This document shows positions 1 through 7,187 of a stretch of DNA of 53,779 nt, one piece after another. Position numbers and translations under genes: made by a program. The stretch spans positions 1-53,779 of the IMG/VR virus record IMGVR_UViG_3300012933_000343; one strand, given 5' to 3'. The notes below the pieces were generated by a model that saw only the letters and a program-made list of their open reading frames with translations, was not told the origin of the DNA and did not search any database. This stretch comes from a virus. The stretch's first letter is position 1. Each line of letters opens with the position of its first letter.

Positions 1-55
1 GGCTCCTGCACAGGTGCTGCAAGGGCACGCTCATCAGCACGAACAAGGGCTTCAA
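1..55. repeat. Left copy of a 55-bp exact direct terminal repeat (identical to 53725..53779); end overlap of a circular map
   Basis: First 55 nt (ggctcctgcacaggtgctgcaagggcacgctcatcagcacgaacaagggcttcaa) are identical to the last 55 nt of the window. Confidence 0.97.
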
Positions 56-155
56 AGGCTTTTAGGTTTTCGTCACCCCCCCAAACGGTCTGGCCCATTC
101 CTGCTGGTCCAACATTTAATCCTGCCTCACGGGCCATGTCTATCGTGTCTCTCAT
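1..155 (-). CDS. Hypothetical protein, 5' part of a CDS that crosses the circular junction (continues 53724 -> 53454; 141 aa in total)
   Basis: ATG at 155..153 overlaps the stop of ORF 152..292 (ATGA). The frame stays open to base 1 and is in frame with 53454..53779 once the duplicated 55 nt are counted once (155 + 271 = 426 nt). N-terminus reads MRDTIDMAREAGLNVGPAGMGQTVWGGDENLKAFEALVRADERALAAP. Confidence 0.7.
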   Translation of the reverse strand, partial: MRDTIDMAREAGLNVGPAGMGQTVWGGDENLKAFEALVRADERALAAPVQE

Positions 156-292
156 TTCTGCCTCCTCAAACAAGTGCAAGTGAACCCGCTGCTGTCATAG
201 CCCAGGCCATGGCAGTAAGGGCAGTGCTCATCGGCCGCTGCCGGCTCAGCCAGGGCGAACAGCCAGTTCCAGAATTTAACGATGGTGGTCAT
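152..292 (-). CDS. Small Cys-rich zinc-finger protein (46 aa)
   Basis: Track ORF 152..355 trimmed to MTTIVKF... The ATG at 292..290 overlaps the upstream stop (ATGA) and the stop overlaps the next ATG. Contains CPYCHGLG (CxxCxGxG, DnaJ-type zinc-finger signature). Confidence 0.55.
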   Translation of the reverse strand: MTTIVKFWNWLFALAEPAAADEHCPYCHGLGYDSSGFTCTCLRRQK

Positions 293-573
293 GCGGCCTT
301 CCGTGCAACGATCATGGCGTCGGCGTATCGGTACTTGGCTTCTTCCCGCGACCACCGCGCCTCACGAATTCGCAGTTCTTTATTTCCGTTGCCTAAATCC
401 AATACGTACTCCTCCTTGAAGCCCTTTAAACTGTGCGCGGCAATATCATCCTCGTTCGCCTTGGCCGCAAAGTAGTCGCGCAGGGTCATGCCTTCGTAAT
501 GCCAAGTGCGTGTTCCGGTTTGTTGAGCGCTATCGGTTGGAAACACTGGCCCACCTGTTTTTATATCGCTCAT
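289..573 (-). CDS. Hypothetical early protein (94 aa)
   Basis: Track ORF 289..621 trimmed to MSDIKTGG...; aaggag SD upstream of the ATG at 573; ATGA overlaps on both sides. Confidence 0.6.
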   Translation of the reverse strand: MSDIKTGGPVFPTDSAQQTGTRTWHYEGMTLRDYFAAKANEDDIAAHSLKGFKEEYVLDLGNGNKELRIREARWSREEAKYRYADAMIVARKAA

Positions 574-938
574 GCCAACTCCTTCAACTGAGCCGCCAGC
601 TTCTCGCACTCGGCCACACAAAACTCCAGCGTTTTGACTGTGCCTCCTTCGTCAAACCTTGGCCACTTCTCGTAAATCTTGCGGTACTCGTCGCTCATCA
701 ATTCAGGGTCCTTGGCGTCGTACAAATGAGCGCAGTCAAAGCCAAACTGTGCACCGTTTCCGTATGTCAGGCCGCCGTGCACCTCCACGTCCAGATCGTC
801 GTAGTCCTTACCTGCGCAAGGGTGCCCATCTGGCACTGTGACGTAGCCGCAGCGGTGCCCCATTTCTGTCGCCAGCACCTCGGCCTCGTAGCCGGCGGCA
901 GTCGTCCACCGCTTTTCGATTTTTGGTTCTTTAATCAT
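570..938 (-). CDS. Hypothetical early protein (122 aa)
   Basis: Track ORF 570..947 trimmed to MIKEPK..., whose ATG (938..936) overlaps the stop of 935..1273. Confidence 0.6.
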   Translation of the reverse strand: MIKEPKIEKRWTTAAGYEAEVLATEMGHRCGYVTVPDGHPCAGKDYDDLDVEVHGGLTYGNGAQFGFDCAHLYDAKDPELMSDEYRKIYEKWPRFDEGGTVKTLEFCVAECEKLAAQLKELA

Positions 939-1273
939 GCTGTCCACTCCAGTGCTTGCAGTTTGCTGATGCGGTCAAGGATGGCGTTTTCACGCTGCTG
1001 GTTGTCAGCGCGGACTTTTTGCAGCTGCGCGTTTAAGCCATCGAGCTCCTTGGCGACAAGCTCTTCGCGAGGGTAAAACGTGACGGTGATGCTGGCCGTG
1101 CCAACCTGAACCCATCCATCGGTGTCGCTCATATCGTGGTTGATGTACGTCAGCGCGCTGGCGGCTTCGTCTAATTCGCCTTCTTTGATTGTGTGCAGGA
1201 TGTGGTCAATATCGCTCCACTGGCTGGTTGTCCAAGCCTTTGTGGTGCCAGTGAATGTGATCGGTGTGTTCAT
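935..1273 (-). CDS. Hypothetical early protein (112 aa)
   Basis: Track ORF; SD (aaggag) upstream of the ATG at 1273; ATGA overlap with the upstream ORF. Confidence 0.65.
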   Translation of the reverse strand: MNTPITFTGTTKAWTTSQWSDIDHILHTIKEGELDEAASALTYINHDMSDTDGWVQVGTASITVTFYPREELVAKELDGLNAQLQKVRADNQQRENAILDRISKLQALEWTA

Positions 1274-1659
1274 GCTTTCTCCTTGGTTTCAGGTTTAAGT
1301 GCTTCTTTCCACGTCAGCGCCTCAACGCTGGTCATGTCGGTCCATTTCAATGCGCGCGCAGTGGCCAGCGTATAGGTGTTCTTCCAGTCCGTGCTGGCTT
1401 CGGCCCACACCGCTTGCGCCTTGGCAATCGCTGCAGGCTTGGACCTGGCCACCACGTTGTAGAGCCTCAGCCACTCGCCCGTCTTGCGGTGCTGGCCAAA
1501 CACGGCCCACTTCGGTGAAGGCTTGGCAGGCCGCGTTTTTTGCTTGCCTGTGCCCTTGCAGCCAAAGCAGGTGGTGCCGTGCAGCAGATTGAAAGAGTAC
1601 CGACCCGTGCCGTTGCAACGTGTGCAGGTGTAGGTCTGGCGCTCGGCGACGTCGCTCAT
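1270..1659 (-). CDS. Zinc-finger protein with two CxxCxGxG motifs (129 aa)
   Basis: Track ORF; N-terminus contains CTRCNGTG and CFGCKGTG (DnaJ-type Zn-finger repeats); SD ggagg upstream; ATGA overlaps. Confidence 0.65.
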   Translation of the reverse strand: MSDVAERQTYTCTRCNGTGRYSFNLLHGTTCFGCKGTGKQKTRPAKPSPKWAVFGQHRKTGEWLRLYNVVARSKPAAIAKAQAVWAEASTDWKNTYTLATARALKWTDMTSVEALTWKEALKPETKEKA

Positions 1660-1910
1660 GCCTGCCTCCGGCTTTCGTAAGCCTCGTCCAGGCTGCGCGG
1701 CGTGCGCAGGGGGAAAGGCAGCACCAGGCTTGAAATTTTGCCGTCTGGAATTGGCGCGGCCAGTTTGCCGCCCTGCGTTGCCATCACCCAGCGGTCACCG
1801 AGCTGGCGCAGGCTGCGCACCCACTTGCGAATATTGGCGCGTTGCGTGGCGCGGTCGGCGTGGCCAACGCACCAGATGCGGCGGGCGGTTTTTAGGATTG
1901 TCGTGTTCAT
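1656..1910 (-). CDS. Hypothetical early protein (84 aa)
   Basis: Track ORF 1656..1988 trimmed to MNTTILK... (aaggag SD; the ATG overlaps the stop of 1907..2116). Confidence 0.55.
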   Translation of the reverse strand: MNTTILKTARRIWCVGHADRATQRANIRKWVRSLRQLGDRWVMATQGGKLAAPIPDGKISSLVLPFPLRTPRSLDEAYESRRQA

Positions 1911-2116
1911 GCTTGCTCCTTGGTGTTGGCGTTGTGATCGCAGATACTGCACGGCTCGTTGGTGTCGCTGCCGTGGCGGTGTGTGCACCAGCAGCAGGGC
2001 TCAACAAATCCGGTGCGCGGAATGTCAGGGTTGAAATGGTTGCGGCGGACCTGCGGAAACTGCCAGCCTGCAAATGAGGCCAGCGCTTGCTGCATGATTG
2101 GGTGGAGGTGGGTCAT
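1907..2116 (-). CDS. Cys-rich hypothetical protein (69 aa)
   Basis: Track ORF; CCWC...CSIC cysteine pairs; SD aggag upstream; ATGA overlaps. Confidence 0.6.
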   Translation of the reverse strand: MTHLHPIMQQALASFAGWQFPQVRRNHFNPDIPRTGFVEPCCWCTHRHGSDTNEPCSICDHNANTKEQA

Positions 2117-2283
2117 GCTTCGCTCCTGCTTTGCTGGCCGGCCTGGTAGGCGGCCAAGAGCGCCGCCTTGATCGATGCGACGTTGAGGTCGTGAAAATCA
2201 AGCCGGTCACTGTTTCTGGTTTCCAGCGTTTCCAGGCCCAAGGCCTGCTTGGCGATCTGGTCGAGTATTTGCGTGGTGGTCAT
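2113..2283 (-). CDS. Hypothetical early protein (56 aa)
   Basis: Track ORF 2113..2352 trimmed to MTTTQILD... (SD gaagga; the ATG overlaps the stop of 2280..). Confidence 0.5.
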   Translation of the reverse strand: MTTTQILDQIAKQALGLETLETRNSDRLDFHDLNVASIKAALLAAYQAGQQSRSEA

Positions 2284-2486
2284 GCTGCTTCCTTCTTGGC
2301 AGCCTGGCGCTGCAGGAAGGCAAACAGTTTGCTGCTGGCGCACCGGGTGCAACGTTGCTCAGTGGGCTCGCCGGCAAACTCGCTGAACTTTTCTGTGATG
2401 TGCTCGCCGCGCAAGCTGCCGCCGGAGCGACCGGACTGGCAAGTTGGACCGTAATGAACGGTGTGTTGAAGGTGGACTTTTCTCAT
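2280..2486 (-). CDS. First gene of the leftward operon; small Cys-containing protein (68 aa, or 82 aa if it starts at 2528)
   Basis: Track ORF 2280..2528. The internal ATG at 2486 has a ggagag SD, the ATG at 2528 has none. Contains C...CTRC. Confidence 0.5.
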   Translation of the reverse strand: MRKVHLQHTVHYGPTCQSGRSGGSLRGEHITEKFSEFAGEPTEQRCTRCASSKLFAFLQRQAAKKEAA

Positions 2487-2528
2487 AAGGCTCTCCGGTT
2501 GGTGTTGCGATAACTCCATCATGCTCAT

Positions 2529-2613
2529 GTTTTAAGTGGGCTGCAAGTGGTTAACGTGGGTTTATTCAAGATATTTTTAAGCCAGTGTTGCTTTTTACGC
2601 TACACTCCCCGGC
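2529..2613. promoter_or_regulatory. Divergent early control region between the leftward and rightward operons
   Basis: 85-bp AT-richer gap between divergent ORFs. AAGTGG at 2534-2539 and 2545-2550 plus ACGTGG at 2554-2559, at 9-11 bp phasing. TACACT at 2601-2606 ends 7 nt before the ATG at 2614, which has no SD. Confidence 0.5.
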
Positions 2614-2880
2614 ATGACCGCAGAAACCAAAGACCCCGTGCTGGAAACCCCAGCAGATAAGTGCATTGACGCCTTCGGTGGCGTGCGCGCGCTTGCTCGC
2701 GCTTTGGAGCGAAACCCCAGCTCAGTTGTGCGCTGGCGCAAGCCCAAAGATGAGGGCGGGAGCGCGGGTGCCGTGCCGTCCAGCCTGCAGGGCCGAATCC
2801 TGGCCATGGCCCAAGAGCGAGGCTTGCACTTGACCGCCGAGGACATGATCTTGCGCACAGCGAAGGACTGGTCCTTGTAA
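2614..2880 (+). CDS. Cro/YdaS-like helix-turn-helix DNA-binding regulator (88 aa)
   Basis: Track ORF. CIDAFGGVRALARALERNPSSVVRWRK matches the YdaS/Cro-type HTH pattern. It is the first gene of the rightward unit, next to the divergent gap. Confidence 0.7.
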   Translation: MTAETKDPVLETPADKCIDAFGGVRALARALERNPSSVVRWRKPKDEGGSAGAVPSSLQGRILAMAQERGLHLTAEDMILRTAKDWSL

Positions 2881-3071
2881 TGGTCGCCGACCGGATGCTG
2901 CTGTCCGTGATCTCGCACACGCGATATGAGCTGCCGCGCGACATTGCCAGCCGCGTCGGCCTGCGCCGCGTCAACGCCTCCCTTGGCCGCTTGGTGCGCT
3001 GCGGATTGCTTGAGCGTGTGCCAGGGCCGACCTGCTTTTTGTACCGTTCAAAACAAGCGAGGATTGCGTGA
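2880..3071 (+). CDS. Small winged-helix-like DNA-binding protein (63 aa)
   Basis: Track ORF; LPRDIASRVGLRRVNASLGRLVRCGLLERV resembles a wHTH recognition helix plus wing; start overlaps the upstream stop (TAATG). Confidence 0.45.
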   Translation: MVADRMLLSVISHTRYELPRDIASRVGLRRVNASLGRLVRCGLLERVPGPTCFLYRSKQARIA

Positions 3072-3295
3072 AAGCAACGCCGCAAAAATCACCTCAGAAA
3101 TACGGTTGCTATAACCGCCCAGAGTATCGCAAGATGCTACCCGTGCAAGACGGCTGGTGGCTTGATGGCCAGACCCGAGTGGCCAAGATGACGCCCAGCC
3201 CGTTTCGCATGTCGCCCGAGTGCCAGTACACCCACACCGCGCTCGGCCAGTCAGATCACAAGTGTGTGGGGTGCAAACATAAAACGGAGGGCTGA
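3068..3295 (+). CDS. Hypothetical protein (75 aa)
   Basis: Track ORF; GTG start overlapping the upstream stop (GTGA); C-terminal CVGC. Confidence 0.45.
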   Translation: MKATPQKSPQKYGCYNRPEYRKMLPVQDGWWLDGQTRVAKMTPSPFRMSPECQYTHTALGQSDHKCVGCKHKTEG

Positions 3296-3436
3296 ATGAG
3301 CCAACCCGAGAAAAAACAACAGCCACCAATCAGGTGGCCATTTCCACCCGCCACCGGCCCCGTCCCTTGGACGCCCGGCCAGCTGCGCGCCTACCAACAG
3401 CAGCAACGTGAGCAAGTCGGGGAGGCACCATGGTGA
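3296..3436 (+). CDS. Small Pro/Gln-rich hypothetical protein (46 aa, below the track cutoff)
   Basis: Hand translation: MSQPEKKQQPPIRWPFPPATGPVPWTPGQLRAYQQQQREQVGEAPW. ATG directly follows the upstream TGA, with a ggaggg SD upstream. It fills an otherwise 135-nt gap. Confidence 0.4.
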   Translation: MSQPEKKQQPPIRWPFPPATGPVPWTPGQLRAYQQQQREQVGEAPW

Positions 3437-3936
3437 GCACTGAAAACACCGCCTGCAAACACGACTGGCATTTCCTGCCTGGCACAGATCGACTGCGCTG
3501 CATCCGCTGCAACACGGAGACCGGACCCAGCACGCCGGAGCAGCTCGCGCAAGCCATGCTGCGCGACGTTATCACCATGGGCAGTGCTTGGAGTCAAAAC
3601 GGCAAGCGCATCGACCCAACAGAGGTGTATGCCGTGCCTGCGGGGCTCGCGCAAGAATTCAAGTTCCACAACGCACAGCCCAACAGCATCAAGTTTTACA
3701 ACGGTGCTCCTGACAACACCGAAGTCCTGCGCATTTCCAAAGACGGCATCTGGGCCAACCCGGATGTGCCTGCAGACGATGCTGCGCAAGCCGTGCTGCG
3801 AGCAATAGACGGCCACATCAAGCAGATGGTCGATCGTGTGCGGCGTGAGGAGCGCGAGGCGTGTGCACGAATCGCGGAGACATCGCCTGATCGTTACCAC
3901 GCGGCCTCCGCCATCCGCGCCCGGAGCAACTCATGA
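3430..3936 (+). CDS. Hypothetical protein (168 aa)
   Basis: Track ORF; ggggagg SD; N-terminal C..H...CIRC cluster. Confidence 0.6.
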   Translation: MVSTENTACKHDWHFLPGTDRLRCIRCNTETGPSTPEQLAQAMLRDVITMGSAWSQNGKRIDPTEVYAVPAGLAQEFKFHNAQPNSIKFYNGAPDNTEVLRISKDGIWANPDVPADDAAQAVLRAIDGHIKQMVDRVRREEREACARIAETSPDRYHAASAIRARSNS

Positions 3937-4088
3937 ACTACCACGGCGCAATCACCCAAGCACTGGTCGACGAGCTTTTGGCCGTCGTCCACAAATACGA
4001 CCAGACCATGCTGCTACCCACCGCGCTTGGTTGCCTTGATTTGGTCAAGGCACAGCTGATTCAGGATCACCAGGAGGACGAGGAGTGA
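3933..4088 (+). CDS. Small hypothetical protein (51 aa, below the track cutoff)
   Basis: Hand translation: MNYHGAITQALVDELLAVVHKYDQTMLLPTALGCLDLVKAQLIQDHQEDEE. ATGA overlap with the upstream stop and GTGA overlap with the helicase start. It fills the gap exactly. Confidence 0.45.
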   Translation: MNYHGAITQALVDELLAVVHKYDQTMLLPTALGCLDLVKAQLIQDHQEDEE

Positions 4089-5500
4089 TCACCCCCCGCC
4101 CCCGACAAGCAAAAGCCATCGAGGACCTGCGCACCGCTTACCGCCAGGGCTTGAAGGCTCCGGTCCTGATTGCCCCCACCGGGTTTGGCAAGAGCGCAAC
4201 CGCGATCTGCATGATTCAAAGCGCGCTCGACAAAGGCAAGCGCGTCTGGTTCATCGCCCACCTCAAGGAAATCCTGAACGACACCAGCGGACGGCTGACC
4301 GAGGCGGGCATCCCGCACGGTTGGATCGCCTCTGGCCGCGACGGCAATCACCGCCTGCCCGTGCAGGTGGCCATGGTGCAAACGCTGGTGCGCCGCCTGG
4401 ACCGGTACCAACCGCCGGACCTGATCATTGTGGACGAGGCGCACCTGGCTGTGGCCAACACTTACCAGCAGATTTTTGAGTGGGCTGGCGCTGGGCCCAA
4501 GCACACACGCTCGGGTGGCTCGCACTTGCTGCACCTCACAGCCACACCCACACGGCTCGACGGCCGGGGCATGGGAGAGGTCGCCGACATTCTGGTGCCA
4601 ACCTGCAGCACGCAAGACCTGATCGACGAGGGGCTGCTTGCGCCCATTCGCTACTACGCGCCCAGCGAGCCGGACCTGTCCGGTGTGCACACCGTGGCCG
4701 GCGACTTCAACCAAGGCGAGCTGGCCGCTGCGATGGACAAGCCCGTCATCACCGGCAGCGCTGTTCAGCACTACCGCAAGTTGGCCGACGGTCGCCCGGC
4801 TGTGGCGTTTTGCGTGACCGTGGAGCACGCCACCAACGTGGCCGAGCAATTCAAGCAGGCCGGCTACCGTGCGGTGGCCATCAGCGGCGAGTCCGACACC
4901 GTTGCGCGCGATGCAGCGCTACAGGGCTTGCGAGACGGCAGTCTGGACGTGGTCTGCAACTGCGCCCTGTGGGTTGCCGGCGTCGATGCGCCAACCATCG
5001 GGTGCATCATTTTGCTCACGCCCACGCAGTCCGTGGTCAAGCACCTGCAGTCAATCGGCCGGGGCCTGCGCACACACCCGGGCAAGACCGAGTGCATCGT
5101 GCTCGACCACGCGGGCAACGTCAAGCGCCACGGGCTGCCCACCGAGCCACGCGAGTGGACGCTGGATGCGGTGGAGAAAAAGAAGAACGCCAAGAAGTCC
5201 GAGGTTCCGGTGAAAACCTGCCCCGTGTGCTTTGCCACCGTTGTTAGTGTGGTCACCGACTGCCAGTGTGGTCACCACTTCGAGGCCGTGGGCCGAAAGA
5301 TCAACGAGGTCGATGGTGATCTGAAAGAGATCACGGCCGCAGCCAAGGCTCAGGCAGTTCAAGACCGCAAACGCGAGCAGGGAAGGTCGCAAACCGAGGC
5401 CGACCTGATTCGCATCGGCTATTCCCGAGGCATGAAACGTCCAGAGCTTTGGGCGCGCCACGTGCTCCGCGCCCGAGCCGCCAAGGAGGCACAGAAATGA
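4085..5500 (+). CDS. Superfamily-2 DEAD/DEAH-box DNA helicase (471 aa) with a C-terminal zinc ribbon
   Basis: Walker A APTGFGKS, DEAH box (IIVDEAHL), later SF2 motifs (TATP, HAGN), CPVC...C.CGH ribbon; aggagg SD before the GTG start. Confidence 0.85.
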   Translation: MITPRPRQAKAIEDLRTAYRQGLKAPVLIAPTGFGKSATAICMIQSALDKGKRVWFIAHLKEILNDTSGRLTEAGIPHGWIASGRDGNHRLPVQVAMVQTLVRRLDRYQPPDLIIVDEAHLAVANTYQQIFEWAGAGPKHTRSGGSHLLHLTATPTRLDGRGMGEVADILVPTCSTQDLIDEGLLAPIRYYAPSEPDLSGVHTVAGDFNQGELAAAMDKPVITGSAVQHYRKLADGRPAVAFCVTVEHATNVAEQFKQAGYRAVAISGESDTVARDAALQGLRDGSLDVVCNCALWVAGVDAPTIGCIILLTPTQSVVKHLQSIGRGLRTHPGKTECIVLDHAGNVKRHGLPTEPREWTLDAVEKKKNAKKSEVPVKTCPVCFATVVSVVTDCQCGHHFEAVGRKINEVDGDLKEITAAAKAQAVQDRKREQGRSQTEADLIRIGYSRGMKRPELWARHVLRARAAKEAQK

Positions 5501-6126
5501 AAGTATTGATTGCTTGTGAATATTCAGCTCGTGTGCGCGACGCATTCAGACGCAAAGGGCATGACGCTTGGTCTTGCGATCTTCGGGAATGCGAGGGTGA
5601 CCCAGCGTTTCACATTCAAGGCGATGCGCTTGACCAGCTTCAGCCCGGAAGATGGGATCTGCTGATCGGCCACCCTTATTGCACATACAACACTCTTGCT
5701 GGCATCCGCTGGATGTACCACCCAGAGGACACGCATCTTCCAGCCGAGCAGCGCCGACGCCACCCCAGTTATCCAAATCGCATGGAGGATTTTCTCGAAG
5801 GCGTGCGGTTTTTCAACGCACTGAAGAACGCGCCCGTTCCGCTTATTGCGCTTGAAAACTCTCAGCCTCACGGATTGGCGATGCAGCACATTGGGCGCTA
5901 CGATCAAATTGTCCAGCCATGGATGTTTGGAGACCCTTACACCAAGGCAGCTGCGCTGTGGCTTAAGGGGTTGCCCAAGCTGGTCGCAACAAACCAAAAA
6001 AGCGACTACACAAAGATCATTGCAGCTTGTCACCTCATGCCACCCGGGCCGGAACGTGAAAAAGAGCGAAGTCGAACTCATCTTGGGATTGCTGAGGCCA
6101 TGGCAGAGCAGTGGGGTGGGTTATGA
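5497..6126 (+). CDS. Short DNA (cytosine-5) methyltransferase-like protein (209 aa)
   Basis: Track ORF trimmed to MKVLIACEYSARVRDAF... (ATGA overlap). The pattern LIACEYS (motif I-like), GHPYCTY (motif IV-like, Cys retained) and IALENS (ENV-like) matches a short phage C5-MTase-like family as I remember it. Confidence 0.5.
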   Translation: MKVLIACEYSARVRDAFRRKGHDAWSCDLRECEGDPAFHIQGDALDQLQPGRWDLLIGHPYCTYNTLAGIRWMYHPEDTHLPAEQRRRHPSYPNRMEDFLEGVRFFNALKNAPVPLIALENSQPHGLAMQHIGRYDQIVQPWMFGDPYTKAAALWLKGLPKLVATNQKSDYTKIIAACHLMPPGPEREKERSRTHLGIAEAMAEQWGGL

Positions 6127-6401
6127 CCTGCCCCGCATGCGCCCACCCCCGCGTCACACTGATCGACGGTACCGAGACCTGCACCTGGTCCGAGGCCTGG
6201 CGTTCTGAGACCGAAGCTCGCCACGTGCTGGCCATGCCTGGCAAGTATGAACGGCGCGAATACCTGCACGGCCGTGAGGAGGCGGGCAAGATCGTCAAGC
6301 GCGGCGTGTTTCAGGTCAGGGGCGAGGCTGCATGCCTGCAGCTTGAGGCCCAGGTGCGCAAGGTCTGGGAGCATGGCCGGAAACAACCGGGGGAAAAATG
6401 A
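6123..6401 (+). CDS. Hypothetical protein (92 aa)
   Basis: Track ORF 6111..6401 trimmed to MTCPACAHP... (ATGA overlap); N-terminal CPAC...C. Confidence 0.55.
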   Translation: MTCPACAHPRVTLIDGTETCTWSEAWRSETEARHVLAMPGKYERREYLHGREEAGKIVKRGVFQVRGEAACLQLEAQVRKVWEHGRKQPGEK

Positions 6402-6733
6402 ACCCGAAAATTCCACCCCCACTAAGTGAGGCCGATTTAATGCGGCAAATCATGGTGGCGCTCTCGGCCGACGGGCACTTTGTAACCAGGGCCAACGTGG
6501 GGTTGTTTTTCACCGCCGACGGCAGGCCCATCAAAACAGGTCTGCCCAAGGGGTTTTCGGATTTGTTTGGCCACCGACAGTGGGACTGCCGGGCTTTTTA
6601 CCTTGAGGTGAAAACCGCCAAGGGCCGTGCGTCTCCGGAGCAGCTGGCCTTCATCGCCGCCATGCAAAAGCGCGGCGCGCTGGCGGCAATCGTTCGGTCG
6701 GTGGAGGATGCCAGGCGGGCGCTTGAAGGTTGA
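6398..6733 (+). CDS. VRR-NUC domain nuclease (111 aa)
   Basis: GFSDLFG ... YLEVKTAKGRASPEQLAFI matches the D...(D/E)xK VRR-NUC core; ATGA overlap with the upstream ORF. Confidence 0.8.
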   Translation: MNPKIPPPLSEADLMRQIMVALSADGHFVTRANVGLFFTADGRPIKTGLPKGFSDLFGHRQWDCRAFYLEVKTAKGRASPEQLAFIAAMQKRGALAAIVRSVEDARRALEG

Positions 6734-6953
6734 TGGTGGCCCCGCTATACCTGGGCTCGGCAGCATTGATCGACCCTTGGCGGCGCTATCCCGGGTTCAT
6801 CCGCTTCTCTGGTATCTGCCTTCACGTTGTTGGGTGCCAAGAACCCTCAGCATTGCCCTCACCATCACGGCTGCGGACTGTTGGGCGTTTCCGGCGTTTC
6901 AGCCACTTTATCCTTTCAGAGCTGTGTACGAAACAGCCAGTCCGCATGCGTGA

Positions 6954-7039
6954 TGGTGGATGCCCAGGGACTCGAACCCCGCCGCCTTTTGGGCCACAGA
7001 TTTACAGTCTGCTGCGGTCGCCAGCGCCGCCCGGCATCC
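6954..7039 (-). tRNA. tRNA-Tyr: tRNA-Tyr (anticodon GTA), class II with long variable arm, CCA encoded
   Basis: Hand-folded reverse complement: acceptor GGATGCC/GGCATCC, D stem GCGG/CCGC, anticodon stem GCAGA/TCTGT with loop CTGTAAA, 14-nt variable arm, T arm CGGGG-TTCGAGT-CCCTG, discriminator A, CCA. The anticodon arm is nearly identical to E. coli tRNA-Tyr. Confidence 0.85.
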
Positions 7040-7156
7040 AGATTGACACCCCACCGGCCTGTTTTCGCCGAGTTACTTGAACTCCAAATCGGTGAGGTGT
7101 CAGGCTTAATCGTACCACAACCGTTGGGTTTTTCCGCACATTTATTTGACCCGCTG

Positions 7157-7187
7157 TTGCTTTTTTCCGCACCGCACCCTTTATACT
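7157..7187 (+). promoter_or_regulatory. Possible sigma70-like promoter upstream of the primase-helicase gene
   Basis: TTGCTT (7157-7162) - 19 nt - TATACT (7182-7187), with two TTTTTCCGCAC direct repeats (7129-7139, 7162-7172) nearby. The spacer is longer than optimal. Confidence 0.25.

Noticed and set aside
6954-7039. tRNA as an attP/integration module
   Set aside because: No integrase or recombination directionality pair lies adjacent. The tRNA is complete with CCA and sits between replication genes. The Xis-type HTH at 46632..46838 is far away and has no integrase partner.
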